Positions 10,520-19,222 of a DNA stretch of 30,471 bases are shown piece after piece (positions within the stretch are counted from its first letter, which is position 1; each line of letters starts with the position of its first letter). Both the position numbers and the translations under genes were made by a program. Under the pieces are notes generated by a model. That model had not been told where the DNA came from. It saw only the letters and a program-made list of their open reading frames with translations, and did not search any database. Where the stretch lies: positions 1 through 30,471 of the forward strand of contig NIVC01000547.1 of assembly GCA_002269645.1 (NCBI GenBank), written 5' to 3'. The stretch comes from Macrostomum lignano. Taxonomy: Eukaryota.

Positions 10520-12204
10520 GTATCTTTTAAATGTCTAATTGAGTCAAACAGGTGCAGAGATCTCACCTTTGTTAACAGCCGGTTAAGAATTTGGACAAAA
10601 GCTAATTAGGAGCAATATTTTAAATTAGTTGACGAGTCGATAAAAAATGACGCATGTTGCGTTAAACTTTTCGGTTGAGCAAAGCTAAACCAGAAGCCGC
10701 TGTCTGTGACCCGTTCTGCAATTTTATAGCCAAATAGGCGGTGGATAACAATTTTTTTGGCTGGAGTGGCGTGGAACAGCAGAAACCCATCTCTATCCGG
10801 CTTTGAGAAGGGCAGGGATGGCGGAGGGAGACGGCTGAGAGGGTGAAGGGTTGACTGAAGGGGGGCGAGGTGGGGGGGGCTCTGACCCCGCACTAGCGGG
10901 CTGGGGGAATCCGCATCTTCTCAAACACCCCACGAAAGTCGCGAATCAGACTCAGCTCCGCCTACCCCATCCTCTCTTCTCCCCTGGCTCTTCTGTCGTC
11001 TGCTTTTCCTTCCCCCCCCCTGCGCTGGCTTTTCCCGGCTTCAACTGGAAACTGGGAGGCGGGCAGGGGGAGACAGCATTGCCAGCATCCAGCTCATACC
11101 CATAGGGAGCTGTACTCAACCTCCCGGTCGGACATGAAGCTTCATTCTCTTTGCACTCTTGACTCTCCACATGCTCTGTCCCGGGTTTCTCTTGCCCTAT
11201 CCTGCACCCCCCCCCCAGTGCACTCGGGTGGCGAACGAGCTTTCTCGCGCCTGCTCAATTAAGAAGCTCAGGCAGAATTTCGTTCTGTACGCTTTCACCC
11301 CAGCGTCCAGCTATTTCAGTGGCACACTTTTGCGTGCAAGGAGAATATCGCCGCTTAGGGGGGGGGGATAAATTTAGAAATCCCCTCAGTCCAAACTCTC
11401 CCTCTAACCACCAGCCAGCTCGAAATGAGCGCCTCAGGATGGCCTCGAGCGCATCTCCTGATCGCCACCCCGCCCACCAGCAAAGTGTAACTATTACTCC
11501 GAGGCCGAGTGCAGATGGACAGATACCCCCTCCTGAGACAGCCAGAGTCCTGCACCACCCACTCCGAATTGGCGATCCCAATAAAGCCGGCTAAAATCCC
11601 CAACCCGCACCTCGAGAGCTACCCAGTATTCGAGAGCTATGACTATAAATACTCGGACAGAATTCCTTCTGCATCCCTATTTTTTGCTCGATTGCTGAGA
11701 CTGGCCCCAGCTGGGAGATCTTAGCCCGGGGGCAAACCGCCACAGAGAGTGCACACATTCCTGCGGCGACAAATATGGGCAGAATTGTCGTCAGCTCTGG
11801 TTGTGATACGATGTCTTCCAAAGGTTGCTTGCAGCTGCACAGAGATGCCAGAGCCAAATTTGCTGTACAAAACGGGAGATGATTGCATGGCTTCAGTGCA
11901 CCTTCCAAACTGTCGTTCCCAGCAGACAGGCAGCTATCAATTATTTTCTCTCGCTCCACTTGAGATCTACAACAGATATACAACAGACAAATGACAAAAG
12001 TGACGATATCGAAAAAAGCGTTTGCTATTTTTAAAAAATGAAACTGCTTATCAAACAATTTGAAAGGATCAATTTTAAAAAAATGCTTCAACTCGCGCGC
12101 CAACATGGGTTTGTGTTTCTGTACGAGCTACTTGTAGTAGCCTGACTATAGGTCAACAACAAAAATACGGTCGATGTGAACGTTCGAAGCTACTACATGA
12201 ACTG

Positions 12205-12541
12205 TGACGAATAATAATGTAATAGTAATAATTGATTACACCTGCACTAAACGGCCAGATGTGCAACCGACAGCTCAGCCGCAGCTATTGCGCGGCGCAT
12301 CTGAAGGCTGCGTACGGCTGTTCAGTCCAAGCACTGGGGGGTCGCCACACACCCTTAATTACCTCAGATTACGCTGGCAACCATTTTACAGCTGGGTGAA
12401 GCTGTTAAAGCATTTTACAGCTGGGCGATGCAGAGTTAAGTATTTTGCTCAAGGATACAAATTTTTCCCGATTGGGTCGAGAATCGAACCCCCGACCTTT
12501 CAGTCGTGAGTCCGACGCTCTGACCACTAGGCTGCAAACCC
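12205..12541 (-). mobile_element. tRNA-derived CORE-type SINE
   Basis: Minus strand has a tRNA-like head with A-box-like TAGTGGTCAGAGC and B-box GGTTCGATTC. Next comes TGTATCCTTGAGCAAAATACTTAAC...CAGCTGTAAAATGG, resembling the CORE/MIR motifs CCTTGGGCAAG..ACTTAAC and CTGTAAAATGG. A 3' body and a (TAT)-rich tail follow near 12208-12240. No clear target-site duplication. Confidence 0.8.
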
Positions 12542-12974
12542 GTAGTGACCAATGAATTTTTTTATAGTTTCGACTTGAGAAGCCAGTCTTGACTTTGGAG
12601 TTGACTTTGAGACGTAACTTTACCCCACCCCCCCTGGGAGACGTATATAAGGAATTCCTTTAAAATATGAGCTTTACCTTGACCGTGAGCATAGGATAAA
12701 ATAGTTTAGCTTCTTCCTCTTAGTCATGGCTAGATGTGTGCGTATCGATTTAAAGACTATCTATATAGACCAAAATAACTTGTCCAGACTATCCAGTGTT
12801 GGTGTGCATATGGCCCTATATCTATTCGTACATGCGTTCTCGTTAAAACACTTCCTAATGCTAAGAGGATTAATTATTCGAAAGATTTTTCCAAATGCGT
12901 TCGTTCGATTGGCGATCAAAGCATTCCAAAAAAACTTGAATTCCAAAAGAATTCCAAAAGAAACTTGAAAAACT

Positions 12975-13470
12975 TGAACGCAGAAGGCTGCGACCTTCTC
13001 CCAGCACACCGGAACCTGCTCTACCGTTGTCCAGAACGAACTTCTCGCCATCAGCTGCTGTCACCACTCGGATCAACCAGTGGGTGGCTTCAAAGCACAG
13101 GGAGAGGTGGGCTAACGCCCCCGACTGCCGGCAATCCCGCGCGGCTGTCCCCTGTCTTTCCCCCGCCCTCCGCAGGGCCCTGCATGCTTGGACTCAACCT
13201 CAGGGACATCAGGGCGGTCTCTCGGGTCATGGCCGTTTTGCCAGGCATCGCCACTTCCGGGGAAAATCCGTAGTGAGAAATGCCCATTCTGTCTCTTCGG
13301 TGTTGAGCATGCGGAGCACTTCATTTATGAATGCTTCACCTTTACTCTGGACAGGCTCACTTACCTCGGACAAAACCCTGGACGCTTCCAGGCCCGAGAG
13401 TTTCGATCTCTGCCAGCTCGTCCGCTACCTAAGGACGAGCGACCATTTGCCTCCTGGACTCTCCAGAGGG
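12975..13470 (+). mobile_element. Frameshifted 3' fragment of a non-LTR retrotransposon ORF2 (post-RNase H region and CCHC knuckle; LOA/R1/I-like)
   Basis: Joined across frames: PEPALPLS...INQWVASKHRERWANAPDCRQSR / LGLNLRDIRAV / LSGHGRFARHRHFRGK / IRSEKCPFCLFGVEHAEHFIYECFTFTLDRLTYLG / LVRYLR. This matches the W..W..CRQ, L.GH...H, C-x2-C-x7-H-x4-C, R...LG pattern at the C-terminus of such elements. At least 3-4 frameshifts; no RT domain upstream (5' truncated). Confidence 0.75.
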
Positions 13471-13809
13471 GGGACCGCGCTGCGGACACCGACACCACCG
13501 GATCTCCCTGCACGACACCGCAGCACCAGCTGCCCGTGGTCGCCAGGGGTTAGCTAGAGCGACGAGATCTCTACAATCTTAGAGATTACAAGGCTCTGTA
13601 ATGTCCGGGTAAATCTTAGCAGAAAAGACGTGCGGGCCATCACCATGACCTTCACGGTGCTACGCCAAGCATTGTTTTTTCCGCCTAGACATTAAAAATA
13701 ACAAGCATTTTGTCTGCCAATTTCTAGTCTTTGACAAGGATCGACTGCAATACATTGGGCCAAGCCCATGCTTGGGAATACGTCCATGAAATAGGTCTTA
13801 GTGTCTGTC

Positions 13810-14425
13810 TGTGCTAATGCCCTTCCATCTTAGTATCCGTCTGTGCTAGTACCCTTCCATCTTAGTATCCGTCTGTGCTAGTGCTATTCCATCTTAGTAT
13901 CCGTCTGTGCTAGTACCCTTTCATCTTAGTATCCGTCTGTGCTAGTGCTATTCCATCTTAGTATCCGTCTGTGCTAGTGCTATTCCATCTTAGTATCCGT
14001 CTGTGCTAGTACCCTTCCATCTTAGTATCCGTCTGTGCTAGTGCCCTTCCATCTTAGTATCCGTCTGTGCTAGTACCCTTCCATCTTAGTATCCGTCTGT
14101 GCTAGTGCCCTTCCATCTTAGTATCCGTCTGTGCTAGTGCAATTCCATCTTAGTATCCGTCTGTGCTAGTGCCCTTCCATCTTAGTATCCGTCTGTGCTA
14201 GTGCAATTCCATCTTAGTATCCGTCTGTGCTAGTGCCCTTCCATCTTAGTATCCGTCTGTGCTAGTGCCCTTCCATCTTAGTATCCGTCTGTGCTAGTGC
14301 AATTCCATCTTAGTATCCGTCTGTGCTAGTGCAATTCCATCTTAGTATCCGTCTGTGCTAGTGCCCTTCCATCTTAGTATCCGTCTGTGCTAGTGCCCTT
14401 CCATCTTAGTATCCATCTTAGTATC
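13810..14425. repeat. 32-bp minisatellite CCTTCCATCTTAGTATCCGTCTGTGCTAGT(G/A)C, ~19 copies
   Basis: Period 32 verified (13821 vs 13853). Confidence 0.96.
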
Positions 14426-14609
14426 TTAATATCCGAAAACTCTTTAAATAATCTGAATGCTTCTTTCACCCGGATGGTAAAAGCTGACTCTACAGCTGCG
14501 GAGCCACGACAGTATATTTTTTCGTTCAAAATCGAATGGTTCAATCTTTAGCTTATCTTTAAATCAGCTTTAGTTTGTGTTAAAGAATAGCAACTCGACT
14601 TGTTGCAAG

Positions 14610-15332
14610 TTAGTAACGATAGGGGCCATTGTACCTGGCCGTGGATCGGAAACGCATGGCGGAACCGAGGTAGCGCTTGCCCTGCCGCTGGTACCAGTTC
14701 GGCCAGGAGTACCGCCACCGACGTTCGCCTCCAAAACGAACGGCGGCGCCAAGATGTCTTTTAACCAGCTGTTCAGCAGAATCCTCCAAATCGTTGTTAG
14801 CGTCTTGGTCAATGTTGTGCGCAACACCTGTATCGAAGTACCAGTCAGCAAGGTAAGGCAGATTGTAGCTTCGCTTGTAATTAGGCACGCTCCAACGCCA
14901 GGGCGTGCCGACGTGACGCTTGAAACGGAGTCTCATAGCAGAGCCCATGTTCTTCTTGCTTCGGAGTCTCATCGCAGAGCCCATGTTCTTCTTGCTTCGG
15001 AGTCTCATAGCAGAGCCTAAGTACTTCTTGCCTCGAAGTCTCATGGCAGAAGCCATGCTCTTTTTGCCTCGAAATCTCATGGCAGAGCCCATGTTCTTCT
15101 TGCCTCGAAATCTCATGGCAGAACCCATGTTCTTCTTGCCTCGAAATTTCATGGCAGAACCCATGTTCTTCTTGCCTCGAAATCTCATGGCAGAACCCAT
15201 GTTCTTCTTGCTTCGGAGCCTCATGGCAGAGCCCAAGTACCGTTTAACCTGCTCAATTCGATTTATCAGGTCGCTTGAAGCGCTTTGAGAAAATTCCTGC
15301 AGCGTTGGCTCATTGTCAATCGAATTGGCGCT
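14610..15332 (-). CDS. Neuropeptide precursor, coding exon 2 (repeated xGSAM(R/K)(F/L)R peptides and Trp-rich peptides)
   Basis: Acceptor aattgatttcag|AGC at 15333/15332, phase 0. Translation: SANSIDNEPTLQEFSQSASSDLINRIEQV-KR-YLGSAMRLRS-KK-[8 further copies, five ending G-KK]-...-KR-HVGTPWRWSVPNY-KR-acidic spacer-KR-HLGAAVRFGGE-RR-WRYSWPNWYQRQG-KR-YLGSAMRFRSTARYNGPYRY*. Repeat copies differ at synonymous sites (Ala GCT/GCC/GCG, Gly GGC/GGT, Leu TTA/TTG, Lys AAA/AAG) and have no indels. Confidence 0.9.
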   Translation of the reverse strand, partial: SANSIDNEPTLQEFSQSASSDLINRIEQVKRYLGSAMRLRSKKNMGSAMRFRGKKNMGSAMKFRGKKNMGSAMRFRGKKNMGSAMRFRGKKSMASAMRLRGKKYLGSAMRLRSKKNMGSAMRLRSKKNMGSAMRLRFKRHVGTPWRWSVPNYKRSYNLPYLADWYFDTGVAHNIDQDANNDLEDSAEQLVKRHLGAAVRFGGERRWRYSWPNWYQRQGKRYLGSAMRFRSTARYNGPYRY

Positions 15333-15421
15333 CTGAAATCAATTGATTAGCGATGCAGATTGAGTGAGGGCTAGTTTGAAATGATTAAAAATATAGGTGC
15401 AACTCGGTAAGTAGGACTCAC
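15333..15421 (-). other. 89-nt phase-0 GT-AG intron of the neuropeptide precursor gene
   Basis: GAG|GTGAGT donor at 15421; ...TTTCAG acceptor at 15333; joins the signal peptide in frame with the peptide repeats. Confidence 0.88.
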
Positions 15422-15481
15422 CTCGGCGATCACGGCAAGTGCGCTGCACAGAAGCAACATCAGTAGAGCTGCCCGGGTCAT
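15422..15481 (-). CDS. Neuropeptide precursor, coding exon 1 (signal peptide MTRAALLMLLLCSALAVIAE)
   Basis: ATG at 15481, basic residue, hydrophobic core and small-residue cleavage region. Ends at a GTGAGT donor. Preceded by the acceptor ttttatctccaacatttcag| at 15510 with a 28-nt leader. Confidence 0.88.
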
Positions 15482-16364
15482 TTCTCAGTAAGGCGGAGTT
15501 TTGCGAGGCCTGAAATGTTGGAGATAAAACAGTAGCGACTTCGCTAAAAATTTCTGTCACGTCTGATCAAGCTGTTTGATTTTGAGCTGAATAAATTAGA
15601 CAAATTTTACAGCTTCATAACAAGCTGAGTGAAACGTTTTCTTTCCTAGAAATGATTTGTTTTCAAAATCAGGCATCACGCAAAGCAGTAGAGGTCTTGA
15701 GCAGCTTTGCGAGTCCACAGCAGCATTCCGATGCCAAATTTGAATTTGAGAAGCTCTCGCGGAGACCGCTAGGATTACCCAGAGCGATTGCACAAGACAT
15801 TTGCTTAATCTCAATCCCTGTTAATTCTGCTCGGGTAGCACAAGCTGTCAGCGGATTTGTGCATAATCTAAAATATGCTTCATCACGTAATTACTGCAAG
15901 CCTAATGGAGCCCAACAACCAAATGGCTATAAATCCGCTCTACGAGTATGCTTGAGTCTCGCTTAGCGAGTTCATTGAGTAAGCAAGTCTGGCTGAGTTA
16001 CAGACAGCCACCTGCAGCCTGTAGTTGCTACGCTAGACTTACTCAGTAGGCGAATGAAGTTCTGCAGCCTTGATCGAGTCTGTGTTTGAAATCTGTATTT
16101 ATTCAATGAGCAGAAAAAATTCTATGTCGAATTCTAGGGGGAACGGAGGCGAAATCCAAGTGGAGAGGGAACGCGAAAGATTTTCGTCGCTTTTATTTTT
16201 CACTACTCGAAACTGAGACTACTGAGAACACTGGATGGGCTGAGACCGTCAGGTACAACCAATGAGAACGCGTCTTGGTGAGAATGAAGCTCAGTACAAG
16301 CTCAGAAAATGCTGCACCGAAAAATCCTCATTGGTCATTTCAGGGAGTCGAATTTAAAAAAAAG

Positions 16365-16850
16365 TTTGAGCTCAGGTTCGAGAATAGAGTTCAGTTTCAG
16401 ATTCGAGTTCGGGTAGGGCTTAGGTTCGGTATTTGAGTAGGGTTTAGGTTCGGGTTTCGGGTAGGGTTTAGGTTCAGGATTCGGGTAGGGTTTACATGTA
16501 GGTTCGGATTTCGGGTAGGGTTTAGGTTCGGGATTCGGGTAGGGTTTAGGTTCGGGTTTCGGGTAGGGTTTAGGTTCGGGATTCGGGTAGGGTTTAGGTT
16601 CGGGATTTGGGTAGGGTTTAGGTTCGGGATTCGGGTAGGGTTTAGGTTCGGGTTTCGGGTAGGGTTTAGGTTCGGGATTTGGGTAGGGTTTAGGTTCGGG
16701 ATTCGGGTAGGGTTTAGGTTCGGGTTTCGGGTAGGGTTTAGGTTCGGGTTTCGGGTAGGGTTTAGGTTCTGGATTGGAGTAGAGTTTCGGATTCGAGTTT
16801 AGACTCAAGCTTCGAGCTTCTAGTTCAGGTTTAACGATTTTCAATTCGAA
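16365..16850. repeat. 24-bp telomere-like G-rich minisatellite GGGTAGGGTTTAGGTTCGGG(A/T)TTC, ~15 good copies plus degenerate hexamer flanks
   Basis: Unit is four hexamers, each close to a rotation of TTAGGG; flanks decay into hexamer-periodic sequence. Confidence 0.93.
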
Positions 16851-17176
16851 GTTTAGAGAGCCGCTATGAAAATTGCGGAAAAAAAGTGCATTCAGAAATT
16901 GTTTCTGGTCCGATTTGTTCTATTTCTTGGAATGAGATACTCCCCTCATCCCATTCTCGGCATGGAGAGGCGCGATAATAATCAGTTTGCTGTGAGTCAG
17001 TGAACGAGTAGGTGAATCCCAAGAGAAAGGCAGTCGTCTTCTGCGGGGGGAGAGAGGGCAATCTGTTCTTGGGGAAGGCAATACTTCGAGCGTCCTTGGC
17101 TATTTTATCTCAGACTCTGCTAGAGCGAAAGAGATCTTCAGGGCGCTCTCTGAAAGAAGCAACGATATTGCGGACA

Positions 17177-18905
17177 TGTAGTCTGACCAACATTGTGTCG
17201 ACTCGCTAATATTTATGTCAGTAGTCTGACCAACATTGTGTCGACTCGCTAATATTTATGTCAGTAGTCTGACCAACATTGTGTCAGACTGGCTAATATT
17301 TGTGTCAGTAGTTTGACCGACATTGTGTCAGACTGGCTAATATTTGTGTCAGTAGTTTGACCGACATTGTACCAGCTTCGCTAATATTTGTGTCAGTAGT
17401 TTGACCGACATTGTGCCAGACTGGCTAATATTTGTGTCAGTAGTTTGACCAACATTGTGTCAGACTGGCTAATATTTTTGTCAGTAGTTTGACCGACATT
17501 GTGTCAGACTGGCTAATATTTGTGTCAGTAGTTTGACCGACATTGTGCCAGCTTCGCTAATATTTGTGTCAGTAGTTTGACCGACATTGTGCCAGACTGG
17601 CTAATATTTGTGTCAGTAGTTTGACCGACATTGTGTGAGCTTCGCTAATATTTGTGTCAGTAGTTTGACCAAAATTGTGTCAGACTGGCTAATATTTGTG
17701 TCAGTAGTTTGACCGACATTGTGTGAGCTTCGCTAATATTTGTGTCAGTAGTTTGACCAAAATTGTGTCAGATTGGCTAATATTTGTGTCAGTAGTTTGA
17801 CCAAAATTGTGTCAGACTGGCTAATATTTGTGTCATTGGTTTGACCAAAATTGTGTCAGATTGGCTAATATTTGTGTCAGTAGTTTGACCAAAATTGTGT
17901 CAGACTGGCTAATATTTGTGTCATTAGTTTGACCAAAATTGTGTCAGATTGGCTAATATTTGTGTCAGTAGTTTGACCAAAATTGTGTCAGACTGGCTAA
18001 TATTTGTGTCATTAGTTTGACCAAAATTGTGTCAGATTGGCTAATATTTGTGTCAGTAGTTTGACCAAAATTGTGTCAGACTGGCTAATATTTGTGTCAT
18101 TAGTTTGACCGACATTGTGTCAGACTGGCTAATATTTGTGTCAGTAGTTTGACCGACATTGTGCCAGCTTCGCTAATATTTGTGTCAGTAGTTTGACCGA
18201 CATTGTGCCAGACTGGCTAATATTTGTGTCAGTAGTTTGACCGACATTGTGTGAGCTTCGCTAATATTTGTGTCAGTAGTTTGACCAAAATTGTGTCAGA
18301 CTGGCTAATATTTGTGTCAGTAGTTTGACCGACATTGTGTGAGCTTCGCTAATATTTGTGTCAGTAGTTTGACCAAAATTGTGTCAGACTGGCTAATATT
18401 TGTGTCAGTAGTTTGACCAAAATTGTGTCAGACTGGCTAATATTTGTGTCATTGGTTTGACCAAAATTGTGTCAGATTGGCTAATATTTGTGTCAGTAGT
18501 TTGACCAAAATTGTGTCAGACTGGCTAATATTTGTGTCATTAGTTTGACCAAAATTGTGTCAGATTGGCTAATATTTGTGTCAGTAGTTTGACCAAAATT
18601 GTGTCAGACTGGCTAATATTTGTGTCATTAGTTTGACCAAAATTGTGTCAGATTGGCTAATATTTGTGTCAGTAGTTTGACCAAAATTGTGTCAGACTGG
18701 CTAATATTTGTGTCATTAGTTTGACCAAAATTGTGTCAGATTGGCTAATATTTGTGTCAGTAGTTTGACCAAAATTGTGTCAGACTGGCTAATATTTGTG
18801 TCAGTAGTTTGACCAAAATTGTGTCAGACTGGCTAATATTTGTGTCAGTAGTTTGACCGACATTGTGTCAGCTTCGCTAATACTGGTATTTGTGTCAGTT
18901 AACTA
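17177..18905. repeat. 44-bp minisatellite GTAGTTTGACC(G/A)A(C/A)ATTGTGTCAGACTGGCTAATATTTGTGTCA, ~39 copies
   Basis: Period 44 verified (17281 vs 17325); two half-units each ending TTGTGTCA. Confidence 0.97.
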
Positions 18906-19222
18906 GCTGATATTGTGTCAGGTTACTAGTCTTGGAAAAGCGCAAAACCAAAAAAAAATTTTCCAAATCGAAATTATAAAAACATTTCTTTTCAAATTTT
19001 AGAGGCTGGTTATTCATTGTCACGTATTCTCTGTCTTTTTATTAAAATGAGGGCGAAAGAGTTAAAATTAGGATATGCATTTATTGGCTCAGCCGCAATG
19101 CTTCTCGTTGCATCAATTGGCGAATGTGTTAAGGTCGTTGTTTAACTGTTTCTTTAACGTTTAACTAGGGAGTAGGTCCATTTTGTAAACATTTCGCTCG
19201 CATGCATTCAGAGCAGAACCAG

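Noticed and set aside
12470-12541. Possible tRNA gene (CAC anticodon-like loop)
   Set aside because: The acceptor stem does not pair convincingly, and the sequence runs straight into a CORE-like domain and tail, so it is a SINE head
13640-13672. Resemblance to vector sequence ACCATG...TACGCCAAGC
   Set aside because: Match is short and interrupted, with no other vector sequence nearby; treated as chance
14570-15288. Plus-strand ORFs 14577-15020 and 14920-15288 and minus-strand ORF 14570-14851
   Set aside because: Shadow frames of the neuropeptide exon; only the 14610 frame has dibasic sites, synonymous variation and a matching signal-peptide exon
16335-16844. PEPKPY extensin-like 169-aa ORF
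   Set aside because: Reverse complement of the telomere-like 24-mer; no signal peptide; such C-rich strands give Pro-rich frames by default
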